From a virus (lineage: Duplodnaviria > Caudoviricetes): a stretch of DNA of 55,456 nucleotides. A program made the translations under genes and the position numbers. The stretch spans positions 1-55,456 of the IMG/VR virus record IMGVR_UViG_3300011335_000256; one strand, given 5' to 3'. A model generated the notes under the pieces. That model was not told the DNA's origin and did no database searches. It worked only from the letters and a program-made list of their open reading frames with translations. Below, piece by piece: positions 7,933-17,026 of this stretch. Position 1 is the stretch's first letter. The number at the start of each line of letters is the position of its first letter.

Positions 7933-9923
7933 AGTGCCGGTTTGATTCGGAGGGTTTGTTTTGGGTTGACCTGCCTCCCCCTGACGTTGAACGAAAAACC
8001 AAGGTAGTGGAAAAGCGCACACCTCCCGCGAGAACGTGGGAGGTCGAGGGCTACGTTCCGCAGGTCGTTGATACACAAGAGTACCAATTGTTTGGCGATG
8101 AGGAATTGGTTGAGGCGGCCATAAGTCGTGATTGGTTTTTCTTTGACATTGAGTGCTACTTAAACTATTTCCTCGTCTCGTTCAAAAGCAAGTCAAGTGC
8201 TCGCGTTGTTTATTTTGAGATGTACGAAGGGCACCCACTTGACTACGCAAAGCTTGCATGGATAGTTAGAAACTATTGTCTTGTTGGTTTTAATAGTCGT
8301 GCCTATGACATGCCCATGCTGCAAGTAGCACTCGGAGGTGCGAGTTGCGCCGAATTGAAAGCGCTGTCTGACCGCATCATTGCGGATGAGGGGCCGGCGT
8401 GGCAACTTATTAAGCACGTGGCAACGGGCGACGAGGCGCCCAATCACATTGACCTGATTGAGGTGGCACCACTCGATGCGTCACTCAAACTTTACGGCGG
8501 TCGGCTGCATGTTCGCACCATGTGGGACTTACCTTTTGCGCCAAGCGCTGTGCTGACCCATGAGCAGATGGCCGTGGTTTGCAAGTACTGCATTAACGAC
8601 CTTGATCTAACTGAGGCGCTGTACTACGGGCTCGAAGACCAGATTGCGCTTCGTGCAGCATTGAGCGTTGAATACGGCAAAGATCTCAGAAGTTTGTCTG
8701 ACGCGCAGATAGCAGAATCTGTGATCACGGGTGAGTTACGCAAGCGCGGGGTTAAGGTTGATCGAGTAGAAGTAGCACCCGGGACTGTTTTGAAGTACAA
8801 AGCGCCTGACTTTATAAAGTTTAAAACGCCCTACATGGTGCGAGTGCTTGAACTCATTGAGTCGCTTGACTTTGTCGTTGGTGAGGCGGGTTACTGCGAG
8901 GCGCCCAAAGAGCTTGAAGAGTTGGTGGTCGAAATTGCAGGCGGCAAGTATCAGATGGGAATGGGTGGGTTGCACTCGTGCGAGGAGCAAGCGGCGCACA
9001 AAGCGGACGAGTTGTTTAGGTTAATTGACCGAGACGTTGCATCGTACTACCCAACCATCATCCTCAACTGCAAGCTGTACCCGCTGCACCTGGGGCCTGA
9101 GTTTTTAGATGTCTACCGCACTATCGTGGACAGGCGGCTTGCGGCTAAGAGGGCGAAGAACAAAGTGGTTGCCGACTCGCTGAAGATCACAATTAACGGC
9201 ACCTTTGGCAAACTTGGGAGCAAGTGGTCGGCGTTGTATTCTCCGGATTTGATGTTCAAAGTCACAATAACTGGGCAGCTCGGATTGCTTATGTTGATAG
9301 AACGCCTAGAGCTGGGTCAGATCCGGGTTGTAAGCGCGAATACGGACGGGGTTGTGACGAAGGTACCCACACACCTCGAAACCGCAGCAGACGGGATTGT
9401 GAAGGAATGGGAGCGGGAGACGGGGTTTGACACGGAAGAGGCTGAATACGCGGCGCTTTACTCACGCGACATAAACAACTACATTGCCATTAAGAAGAAC
9501 GGATCGACCAAGAACAAAGGCGCGTTTGCCAACCCATGGGCTGACACCGCCCCGTCCATATTCAGGATGCACAAGAACCCAACTACTACTGTTTGCATAG
9601 AGGCGGTTGAGAAGTACTTACAGGGTAAATCGAGCATTGAGGATAGCATCAGGGGTTGCTCAGATGTGCGCAAGTTTATTTCTATCCGTACAGTTAGGGG
9701 AGGCGCGGTTAAGGATGGTGCGTATTTGGGCAAGGCCATTAGGTGGTACTACGCTGTTGATTGCGAGGGTGAGATTATCTATGCGTCGTCAGGGAATGCG
9801 GTTGCCAAGACCACGGGGGCAAAGCCTCTTATGACTTTGCCCTTTGACTTGCCCGCCGACGTTGACTATGCGTGGTATGAGCAGGAGGCGACGAGGATGC
9901 TTAAAGACCTTGGTATAAATTAA
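7929..9923 (+). CDS. Family B DNA polymerase with 3'-5' exonuclease
   Basis: FDIECY, GFNSRAYD, YCINDLD exonuclease motifs; DVASYYP, KITINGTFGK, SANTDG polymerase motifs. Confidence 0.92.
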   Translation: MKCRFDSEGLFWVDLPPPDVERKTKVVEKRTPPARTWEVEGYVPQVVDTQEYQLFGDEELVEAAISRDWFFFDIECYLNYFLVSFKSKSSARVVYFEMYEGHPLDYAKLAWIVRNYCLVGFNSRAYDMPMLQVALGGASCAELKALSDRIIADEGPAWQLIKHVATGDEAPNHIDLIEVAPLDASLKLYGGRLHVRTMWDLPFAPSAVLTHEQMAVVCKYCINDLDLTEALYYGLEDQIALRAALSVEYGKDLRSLSDAQIAESVITGELRKRGVKVDRVEVAPGTVLKYKAPDFIKFKTPYMVRVLELIESLDFVVGEAGYCEAPKELEELVVEIAGGKYQMGMGGLHSCEEQAAHKADELFRLIDRDVASYYPTIILNCKLYPLHLGPEFLDVYRTIVDRRLAAKRAKNKVVADSLKITINGTFGKLGSKWSALYSPDLMFKVTITGQLGLLMLIERLELGQIRVVSANTDGVVTKVPTHLETAADGIVKEWERETGFDTEEAEYAALYSRDINNYIAIKKNGSTKNKGAFANPWADTAPSIFRMHKNPTTTVCIEAVEKYLQGKSSIEDSIRGCSDVRKFISIRTVRGGAVKDGAYLGKAIRWYYAVDCEGEIIYASSGNAVAKTTGAKPLMTLPFDLPADVDYAWYEQEATRMLKDLGIN

Positions 9924-9925
9924 GG

Positions 9926-9953
9926 TTGACAAGTATACCAGTATATTTACAAT
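9926..9953 (+). promoter_or_regulatory. Sigma70-like promoter with TATACCAGTATA palindrome in the spacer
   Basis: TTGACA (9926-9931), 16-nt spacer, TACAAT (9948-9953). Confidence 0.7.
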
Positions 9954-9986
9954 CAAGGTTCTTCTAGCAAACTTTGAAAGATCATC

Positions 9987-10085
9987 ATGAAAGAATTGTC
10001 CCCCATCAGAATAGCACTAGTACTCACGTACATAGCTGCATTTGTCGTTGTCTGCTTTGACCTGTTTGTATGGAGAGCAGTATGA
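9987..10085 (+). CDS. Small membrane peptide (32 aa)
   Basis: MKELSPIRIALVLTYIAAFVVVCFDLFVWRAV; ATGA overlap with the next gene. Confidence 0.55.
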   Translation: MKELSPIRIALVLTYIAAFVVVCFDLFVWRAV

Positions 10086-10282
10086 CACTAACGCAACAAA
10101 TCAAACGGATGACCCGACGCCTGACCCCTGTGGAGATGGCTGCGGCAGAGTTGGCCGAGGCTGAACTGCATAGGCTGGAAGCACATAGTGCAGTGGAATA
10201 TGCCAGCAGCGTGGTGTCTTATGAGGACGCCCGAATCAAACGATTACGTAAATTTTTAGCAGATGCGGAGAAACAAACATGA
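10082..10282 (+). CDS. Hypothetical protein
   Basis: MTLTQQIKR…; GGAG RBS, ATGA overlaps on both sides. Confidence 0.65.
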   Translation: MTLTQQIKRMTRRLTPVEMAAAELAEAELHRLEAHSAVEYASSVVSYEDARIKRLRKFLADAEKQT

Positions 10283-10506
10283 CAACAAACACGGGAGGCC
10301 CAGCGTTTCCGCACGTTGCTGATTTGGTTCAGCATTCTCCAAACGGAGGGATTACCACTAAACCGATTACATCGGGCGGCATGACTTTGCGCGATTACTT
10401 TGCGGCGAAGGCAATCAACAAATGCCCATTAAATAGCCATTCAGATGCCGCACAGTGGTGTTACGCACGGGCAGACGCCATGCTGAAAGCGAGGGAAGCA
10501 AAATGA
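10279..10506 (+). CDS. Phage hypothetical protein (GGPAFP…GMTLRDYFAAKA family)
   Basis: Recognisable phage family motifs GGPAFP, GMTLRDYFAA, ADAML. Confidence 0.8.
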   Translation: MTTNTGGPAFPHVADLVQHSPNGGITTKPITSGGMTLRDYFAAKAINKCPLNSHSDAAQWCYARADAMLKAREAK

Positions 10507-10622
10507 AAGACGATGAGATTGAGGATTTGTTCAAGTACGGCTGGATAGACACCGCCGTTGCCATTGTCCTCGCGCTGCTTGCGTTGGTGGCACTGTTTTT
10601 TATGGTGGGGTATCTGACATGA
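10503..10622 (+). CDS. Small membrane protein MKDDE…ALFFMVGYLT (39 aa)
   Basis: Homologue at 43748-43867; ATGA overlaps. Confidence 0.7.
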   Translation: MKDDEIEDLFKYGWIDTAVAIVLALLALVALFFMVGYLT

Positions 10623-10879
10623 CCAAAGATGACATCATCAAGCTGGCGCGGGAGGCTGGGATGCCGATGGCGTGGATTAGTGACAGCGGTGTTTTGAATT
10701 GGGCTGACCTTCTCGCTTTTGCCAATCTTGTAGCAGCAGCAGAGCGGGAGGAGTGCGCAAAACTGTGTGATCGAGTGTCGGTTGATTATTTCACAAAACT
10801 TGGAAAAGACCACGCTTCATGGATGAAAGCTGCGGCAGAAGATTGCGCAACCGACATTCGCGCAAGGGGAAACACATGA
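10619..10879 (+). CDS. Phage hypothetical protein (MTKDD…AREAG…ARGNT)
   Basis: Homologue at 44812-45042; AEREECAKLCD motif. Confidence 0.75.
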   Translation: MTKDDIIKLAREAGMPMAWISDSGVLNWADLLAFANLVAAAEREECAKLCDRVSVDYFTKLGKDHASWMKAAAEDCATDIRARGNT

Positions 10880-11214
10880 GCCGCTTACTACACGCTGCCG
10901 CCCGTGGTGCGAAGATGCAAACCAAATGGGTGGACTCAGGAGACTCTTGGCAAACAACCGGACAACTTGTTTTGGTTGACGACATGCGCTATTACCGCAT
11001 CCACCCGGCAGACGAACATCTCCAATACGGCCCGATCAGCACGACGCTGCGGGAGATGGCTGAAAATTTTAAGTACGACTCAAGCTGGGAACATTTTCTT
11101 GCAAACGCTGCGGCGAATGAATTTACTATGTTCTTTGATTCTCGGCATGGTGAGCCCGACTACCCGCTATTTTATTTATTTTTGGCCGAGTTTTTGGCCG
11201 ACGAGGGGATGTGA
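10876..11214 (+). CDS. Hypothetical protein MSRLLHAAARG
   Basis: Diverged allele at 45039-45374; ATGA overlap fixes the start at 10876. Confidence 0.75.
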   Translation: MSRLLHAAARGAKMQTKWVDSGDSWQTTGQLVLVDDMRYYRIHPADEHLQYGPISTTLREMAENFKYDSSWEHFLANAAANEFTMFFDSRHGEPDYPLFYLFLAEFLADEGM

Positions 11215-11741
11215 TGACAGGATTTGAATCAAAACGCCAAGCAGCGAAAGCCAAGCTGTACGCTGCTGCCGACACGCTGTCGATTGTGTACCAGCGAGGG
11301 TTTGCCGACGGTAAAAAAGCAGCACAGCCTGAGCAGCAAGCCGAGTCGGTGGCGTATGACAAAACAGAACTGAATCGCTTTGTGCAAGATTTGTATGACC
11401 AAAAAATGCAGGAGGGAAAGCACGGCCACTACGAAACTTTGTTCCATGTTGTGCATCAGGCAATCAAAAAAGTTGCCCCACCCGCAGCACAGCCAGAGCA
11501 GCAAGCCGAGCCGGTGGCGTGGATAACACCGGATGGAGAAGGATGGCGAATAAGGTTTTCGCCGCCAACAATCGGCGTGCCCCTTGGTTGGGATGCGCTA
11601 TACACCGCCGCACCCGCAGCACAGCGCCCGTGGCAGGGGCTGACGGATGAAGATAGGCGTAAATTTGCGGCGGCTCAGTATGGCTGGGAAGATTTGCTTA
11701 TTGCGGCAGAAGCCAAACTAAAGGAGCGCAATGGTTACTGA
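11211..11741 (+). CDS. Modular accessory protein with AAQPEQQAEPVA linkers
   Basis: N-part homologous to 45380-45757, C-part homologous or identical to 45754-46182. Confidence 0.75.
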   Translation: MMTGFESKRQAAKAKLYAAADTLSIVYQRGFADGKKAAQPEQQAESVAYDKTELNRFVQDLYDQKMQEGKHGHYETLFHVVHQAIKKVAPPAAQPEQQAEPVAWITPDGEGWRIRFSPPTIGVPLGWDALYTAAPAAQRPWQGLTDEDRRKFAAAQYGWEDLLIAAEAKLKERNGY

Positions 11742-11976
11742 AGATGAAGAGTTTGAGCGTTTCAAGCATGAGCAGAAGTTCCGGCTGGACAGCACCTTCA
11801 CGGCAGCAGTGGCACAAGACTACTTCTGGATGCCTATTGACGATCAGACACCGCAAGGTGTCAAGGTGCTGTTACTCGGGCGTTCTGGTGTTGCCACGAT
11901 GGGGCACTACATTTACAAGGTGGGCGAGACGCAGTTCTGGCAGTATTGGGCACCCCTGCCGAGGAAGCGTCTATGA
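11731..11976 (+). CDS. DUF551-like small phage protein
   Basis: WMPID…PQGVKVLLL…WAPLP pattern. Confidence 0.7.
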   Translation: MVTEDEEFERFKHEQKFRLDSTFTAAVAQDYFWMPIDDQTPQGVKVLLLGRSGVATMGHYIYKVGETQFWQYWAPLPRKRL

Positions 11977-12125
11977 GTACTAAGCGTGTAGGTGAGCCAC
12001 TGTCTGTGGTGTACTCCATCAAGCTGACCCACAGCCAGCGTATTAAGTTGCTTCAGCTTGGTGGACCAAGGTGGTTGCGTGAGCAAATTGACAAGGCGCA
12101 GAATGATAAGACTAGAAAGCGATAA
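11973..12125 (+). CDS. Small putative DNA-binding (RHH-like) protein, 50 aa
   Basis: MSTKRVGEPLSVVYSIKLT…LGGPRWLREQID; last gene of the + strand early operon. Confidence 0.55.
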   Translation: MSTKRVGEPLSVVYSIKLTHSQRIKLLQLGGPRWLREQIDKAQNDKTRKR

Positions 12126-12159
12126 CTATGTGGTTCGTGCCAGAGGATTGTCCGCATCC

Positions 12160-13383
12160 TTAGCGGTACAGCAAGCCACCCAGTTTCTTGCGCTCATCTT
12201 CATCTTGCATTTGCTGGTATTGCATCAGGTCAGGCGTAGCGTCTTGTTGTTGGGGTCTAGCAATCATCGGCTGTCCGTTGCGCTCCAGTATGGTCAGGCT
12301 CTTTTCTTCGCCAGGGAAGGTGACAAAGTTGCGGGTTCCTTTGCCAGCACCTCGGCTGGTAGCGTCTAGGTATTTGATGCCGGGGATGCCTGCTTGTCGA
12401 AATCCCTCACTCGCATAGTCAGCATTATTTCCCCTGTGATTTACATAAGATTTATATAATTGCGCTCCTGTAGGATCGGCCTTGCGAATTTCAGGAAACG
12501 ATTTGGCAGTAGCTTCAATTATTGGAGCAAGACTCAACCTTATTTCTACGCTTTGTTCACTCAATGGCTTGTCCCAATCCAGCATCTTGGCTATTTGCTC
12601 GTCTGGCAGGTCTACTTTGTATAAGTTGCCAGTATTTTCTGGAAGACCAGCCTTTACTGCCTCTAAATCTTGAACATTTTTTTCTGAAATTTGCAACATA
12701 CTTTTTGCTCGGCTCATTGCCCCGCCGCCGCCATCTGCGATAAGTTGTTTATAGCTTTCAACTCTGCGCTTGGCCTCTGCAAGCCCTTTATCTACGCCGC
12801 CATATTGATTAGCAAGATTTTTTGCTGACCCTGTACTTGACAATTTCTTTTGATACTCTATTGCCGTTGCAGGCGCTTCAGCAGTGTATATCCCATGCCC
12901 ATAAGCCTGCGCACCCTCGCCAGTGCCAATCTTGCTGGCATCAAAGCGGTCAAACTTGTGTGGACTGCCGTGGTAGACATCTAGTGGGCTGACCGTGCCT
13001 CTGCTCATCCCCTGCAGCATCTCAGCGCCCATGCCACCTCGCTCCATGATTTGAGGCACTACACGTCCCGCCAAGCGTTCACCAGCTCGTCCTGCTGCCA
13101 TAGCCGCAGCTTGAGCAGGTCGAGCCATTGGCAGCACTTGAGCCGCAGTTCCAACAGGAAACCCGATCTGAGCGCCTGACCTAACCCTGGCGGTGTTGGG
13201 GTCTAGGACGCTCCCAGCCATCTCGTCTGGTGCCATGCCCAACAGTCCACCAAGTGCGCCATACACCTCTGGATACTGCTGGCGTAGGTAGGGTTCTGCT
13301 GGACCTTGCAATTGCCTTGTATTTGCAAGCAAATTAGGCTTTCGCTGTTTCTTCAGAAACTCCAAGTCTTCCAGCAGCCCCAT
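12160..13383 (-). CDS. Putative ejected ADP-ribosyltransferase-fold protein (polyvalent-protein ART-like domain)
   Basis: VYHGSPHKFDRF…GTGEGAQAYGHGIY…LYKVD…GIPGIKYLD…NFVTF; start MGLLED at 13383 with AGGAGA RBS. Confidence 0.65.
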   Translation of the reverse strand: MGLLEDLEFLKKQRKPNLLANTRQLQGPAEPYLRQQYPEVYGALGGLLGMAPDEMAGSVLDPNTARVRSGAQIGFPVGTAAQVLPMARPAQAAAMAAGRAGERLAGRVVPQIMERGGMGAEMLQGMSRGTVSPLDVYHGSPHKFDRFDASKIGTGEGAQAYGHGIYTAEAPATAIEYQKKLSSTGSAKNLANQYGGVDKGLAEAKRRVESYKQLIADGGGGAMSRAKSMLQISEKNVQDLEAVKAGLPENTGNLYKVDLPDEQIAKMLDWDKPLSEQSVEIRLSLAPIIEATAKSFPEIRKADPTGAQLYKSYVNHRGNNADYASEGFRQAGIPGIKYLDATSRGAGKGTRNFVTFPGEEKSLTILERNGQPMIARPQQQDATPDLMQYQQMQDEDERKKLGGLLYR

Positions 13384-13391
13384 GATGTCTC

Positions 13392-13706
13392 CTAGCTGAT
13401 CTGCGTGATTGACACATCGGTGGCAGTAGCGCCACGAATCACAGCCACCTTGTCGCCCGGTGAGCAAGCCACATACTCAATGGAACTTGCTGGTAGCATG
13501 GGTGAGGTGGTCAGGCTGGCTGTTGGGCTGGCTCCAATGGCAAAGTGGCAATGCGCCCCTCCACCGTTTGCCAGCCGCAGCATGGTGACGCCAGCCCCCA
13601 CTGCCGTGGACTGTACGCTGCTGGCTGTGACCGTCATCACCTGGGTGGTGCCAAGCGCACCAAAGGTAGTCAGTTGCCCGTTGTCGTCCCGAAATAGCTT
13701 GCTCAT
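13392..13706 (-). CDS. Small beta-rich hypothetical (possible virion) protein
   Basis: 104 aa, AGGAG RBS, within the late operon. Confidence 0.7.
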   Translation of the reverse strand: MSKLFRDDNGQLTTFGALGTTQVMTVTASSVQSTAVGAGVTMLRLANGGGAHCHFAIGASPTASLTTSPMLPASSIEYVACSPGDKVAVIRGATATDVSITQIS

Positions 13707-13736
13707 TGTGATGCTCCTGTGAAGATGTTGATAATA

Positions 13737-15827
13737 TTATGGTGCAAAATAACTGGGGGCCATGCCACCTATCTGACCCGCACCAAAGCCTGCAGCACCC
13801 GCCGCCCTTGCCCTTGATGCGTTCAGTTGTCTGATGATTTCAGAAAGCTGCTGTAGTTGCCTGGGGTCACGCGAAAGCAAAATCTTTCCAATTTCATTGC
13901 GAACAGCTTCAGGCGTTTGCGTCTGTCGAGCCAGGTTACTTGCTGCAGTCAATATTGCAGTTGGACTTCCAGATGCCACTGAGCCTGCTGCCTGTGCCAG
14001 TGGTGCGACATCCAGGTCTGCACCGCCAGCAAGCATTGCAGCCGTTTTAGAACCGCGACCAGCAGACTCAAATCGTTTGAGAGCTTCTTCAGCCAAAACA
14101 GAGGAAGAGAATGCTTTGAAGTCTCCTCCAAATGCAGCCCTTAATCTAGCCTGTGTGCTTGGCTCTTTGTAAAACTTCAGCAGTGATGTCTGTCCAGCCT
14201 CAGTGCCAGTTTTCTCTCTCAGTCCCTGCAGCACACCAATTCGGAATGCGTCAATCTCAGAGGAAGATAAATTCTTGGTGGCCTGCTGTATGTCAAGAAT
14301 ATCTCCCTTCATTACCTTGCGACCAATCTCAGCAGCATCCATCATCTGTGATGGACCAGCCCATGTTTTCATTGCCATTGTGTAGGCAGATTGACCACCA
14401 ATCTTTGGCGCCTGGTCTTCCAATTGCTTGACAAGTTGTATCCGCACCTTGTCATACGCTTCAGCCTGGGCATTGCTGCCAGCTCTACGCAGTTCCGTAG
14501 ATGTGTCATAAAGAGATTGCTTCAACGAATCCAGGACATTCATTGGCACCGAGTCACCAGGCTTGAGCTTTGACAAGTCAATCACCTGACCCGTCTTTGT
14601 TCTGAACAGCAGTTCAGCAGAACCTTGCACACCCTTTGATTTGCTCAAGGCATCAAAGATGGAATTATTCACCGTTGCTGTAGATTGATCAATTGCAGCA
14701 TAGTATGGGCGTGATGCGGCAAATCTCTGGTTGCTAAAGTTGTCAATGCTCTGCGTAAACTGTGCGTTTTGAGTGCCAAGTGCCTCATCAGCACCAGCCA
14801 TCAGTCTCCCAGCGCGGCCTACTTGGCGCTCCCGAATGGCACGTTCCACAGCCTCTGCCGTGGTGCCAGGCAATGTGGCCTGCACATCCAGCAGGTTGCG
14901 TGTGGACTTGCCACCAACGTCAGCAATACGCGCCTCTGGGCCAAGTTTCAAGAGTCTGGCCTGCGCCATGTTCAGTGCGCTTGGGGCTAAATTCTCTGGT
15001 TTATCACGAATTAAAGCCTCGGCAACTTTTTGCTGGGCGTAGGTTCCAGCGGCTGTGGGGGACATTCTTGCTGTGGCTTGTCTGCCAGCAGCACCTAAAA
15101 CGCTCATGGTGGGCTGTGATACACCGCCAAGAGTGCCACCAATCAGTGAACTTCTGGCTGCATCGTTGAGTATGTCTATTGCATCACTCTCATTGGATGC
15201 CCCTAAACCGCTAATAAACCCGTAGCCAGCACCAGAGCCAGCAGCTTGAGCTGTGCGCTGACCTAAACCCATTGCCGTACCAGCACCAGGCGCTGCTGTC
15301 ATGTATCTGCCTGCGGCCTGGATAGCTGGTGCTACGGTTGGTAATGCACGGGTGATGGCTGGCATAACTGCCCTGCCAATGGCGGCTGGTGCGCTGATCA
15401 TTCCCATAGGCAAACTGGTTGCGAGTTGCAGGCCAGCAGCAGTGAATGGCAATTCTTGTTCAAACGATTCTGTTTGACCTCGAACAACATCCCGTCCTTG
15501 CTCATACGCCTGACCCATCGGGATGCCTTGCTGTACCGCTGTGAATGGTGCGCTGACTGCGCCATACAGCTCGTCAGCAAACCCAAAGGTTGGCCCTTGC
15601 AGTGCAGTTAAGGCACCGCGCTGCAACGTAGATTTCTCTGTGCCTGCTCGGTAAGCAGGAGACTGCCCCAGGAACTTTAGAATTTCGGCTGGCTTGTATT
15701 GCTGCTCCAATGCAGCCAAGACTTGAGGCCCAACGTCTGGAAGCTGCGCCAAAAACTGGACGATATCCTCGTCCCTATAACCAGCTTTTTTGGCCTGTTT
15801 GATTTTGTCTTCAATGCCATCCATCAT
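13737..15827 (-). CDS. Internal virion/ejection protein (696 aa)
   Basis: Ala/Gly-rich helical; QGPTFGFADE motif of podophage DNA-transfer proteins; position after tail genes. Confidence 0.7.
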   Translation of the reverse strand: MMDGIEDKIKQAKKAGYRDEDIVQFLAQLPDVGPQVLAALEQQYKPAEILKFLGQSPAYRAGTEKSTLQRGALTALQGPTFGFADELYGAVSAPFTAVQQGIPMGQAYEQGRDVVRGQTESFEQELPFTAAGLQLATSLPMGMISAPAAIGRAVMPAITRALPTVAPAIQAAGRYMTAAPGAGTAMGLGQRTAQAAGSGAGYGFISGLGASNESDAIDILNDAARSSLIGGTLGGVSQPTMSVLGAAGRQATARMSPTAAGTYAQQKVAEALIRDKPENLAPSALNMAQARLLKLGPEARIADVGGKSTRNLLDVQATLPGTTAEAVERAIRERQVGRAGRLMAGADEALGTQNAQFTQSIDNFSNQRFAASRPYYAAIDQSTATVNNSIFDALSKSKGVQGSAELLFRTKTGQVIDLSKLKPGDSVPMNVLDSLKQSLYDTSTELRRAGSNAQAEAYDKVRIQLVKQLEDQAPKIGGQSAYTMAMKTWAGPSQMMDAAEIGRKVMKGDILDIQQATKNLSSSEIDAFRIGVLQGLREKTGTEAGQTSLLKFYKEPSTQARLRAAFGGDFKAFSSSVLAEEALKRFESAGRGSKTAAMLAGGADLDVAPLAQAAGSVASGSPTAILTAASNLARQTQTPEAVRNEIGKILLSRDPRQLQQLSEIIRQLNASRARAAGAAGFGAGQIGGMAPSYFAP

Positions 15828-17017
15828 TATCTCCCTGGTATGCCAAAGATGTTATTTAAAGTTGGTCTACCACCACCTGGTGCCGTAACAGAACCACCTG
15901 GTTGCCTCACTATAGATGGCACATTAGCTGGTGCGCCAAGAGAAGTGTTTAGGTTCGGAAGTTGATATGCGTTGCCAAATGCCTCGTACTCACTTCGCTT
16001 TTGGTTATAGGCTTGACCTGCTGCTGCATACAGCTCATTTGACAAAGCCTTGAAATCTTGCCGCTGTGTTGGTGTCAACTTCTGACCCGTCATAAAATTA
16101 TTGAAATAATTCTGTAGACGGTCCATACGCCCACCAGCAGCCATTGCAATGCCAAGTTCAGATTCCCTTACAACTGAGCCTGGGTCCAGCAATTTCATTA
16201 CCTTGGTAGCACCAGCAACATCACCAATTGGAGTGCCTGCATCAAGTGATGAAATCACCTGACCGTATGCTGTTTTCATGTCATTGAAATCTTTGTAGAT
16301 AGGCTCACCCTTAAAGGCGGCACCTATCTTCATTGCATTCTCAAGCCCCCTTTGTCCTTCGTTTATGTTGACAATATTTTGTGCAGGCGGTGGGTTGTTA
16401 ATTTCTTTTTGTATCCTAGCTTTAATTTGGCTTCTTATTTCTGGATCAGTTGCCCCGGCTAAATCAGCTTGAAGTTGCGATAGTAGAGTTCCTGCCCTTG
16501 GAGCAAATTGTGGATCAAGTTTTAGGGCCAGGTCTTCTAACTTCATGGCCTGCTCAGTTTGACCAGCCATATTCAGCATTTGTGCTGCTTGGCGGTATTG
16601 GTCAGCTTTAGCAGCATTGGGATTTATTGGCCTTGCGGCAGCTTGCGCTGGTGGCATTTCTGCACCAGCAGTTGGCATTGCTGCTTGAGGTGCAAATACA
16701 CCTGAAATCATTTTTCTCAACTCTGCTGCCTTCTTCGCCTCATCCAACTTCTGCTTCAGCGACATCTGGGTCAAGGCACCCGTCTGCGCTTTCTCGTACC
16801 CGGCTTGGCCTGCCTCAAACGCACCACCTAGAGCCTCGCCAATGCCAATGCGCCTGGTGCTTTCGCCGCCAGCCTTGAGCAGTGCTGCTGACGCTGCCAG
16901 CATTGCATTGCGCTGCATAGCAGCCCTTTGCTCTGGCGTCAGGTACTCGTCTAGGTAGTTACCGCCACCACCGCCAAAGGCGCTGCCCAGCAGTCCCTCT
17001 AAATTAAAGTCAGCCAT
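15827..17017 (-). CDS. Internal virion/ejection protein (396 aa)
   Basis: GDVA…MKLLDPGSVVRESE motif typical of podophage injection proteins. Confidence 0.7.
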   Translation of the reverse strand: MADFNLEGLLGSAFGGGGGNYLDEYLTPEQRAAMQRNAMLAASAALLKAGGESTRRIGIGEALGGAFEAGQAGYEKAQTGALTQMSLKQKLDEAKKAAELRKMISGVFAPQAAMPTAGAEMPPAQAAARPINPNAAKADQYRQAAQMLNMAGQTEQAMKLEDLALKLDPQFAPRAGTLLSQLQADLAGATDPEIRSQIKARIQKEINNPPPAQNIVNINEGQRGLENAMKIGAAFKGEPIYKDFNDMKTAYGQVISSLDAGTPIGDVAGATKVMKLLDPGSVVRESELGIAMAAGGRMDRLQNYFNNFMTGQKLTPTQRQDFKALSNELYAAAGQAYNQKRSEYEAFGNAYQLPNLNTSLGAPANVPSIVRQPGGSVTAPGGGRPTLNNIFGIPGR

Positions 17018-17026
17018 GTCTATCTC

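Noticed and set aside
9954-9986. CAAGG-TTCTTCTAGCAAA-CTTTG resembles the start of a preQ1-I riboswitch
   Set aside because: Lacks the A-rich tail with CUAA needed for the pseudoknot and does not precede the que genes; an Rfam search would settle it
10876-11214. Diverged duplicate of 45039-45374 as a DGR template/variable pair
   Set aside because: Differences involve all bases, not only adenines, and no reverse transcriptase is present
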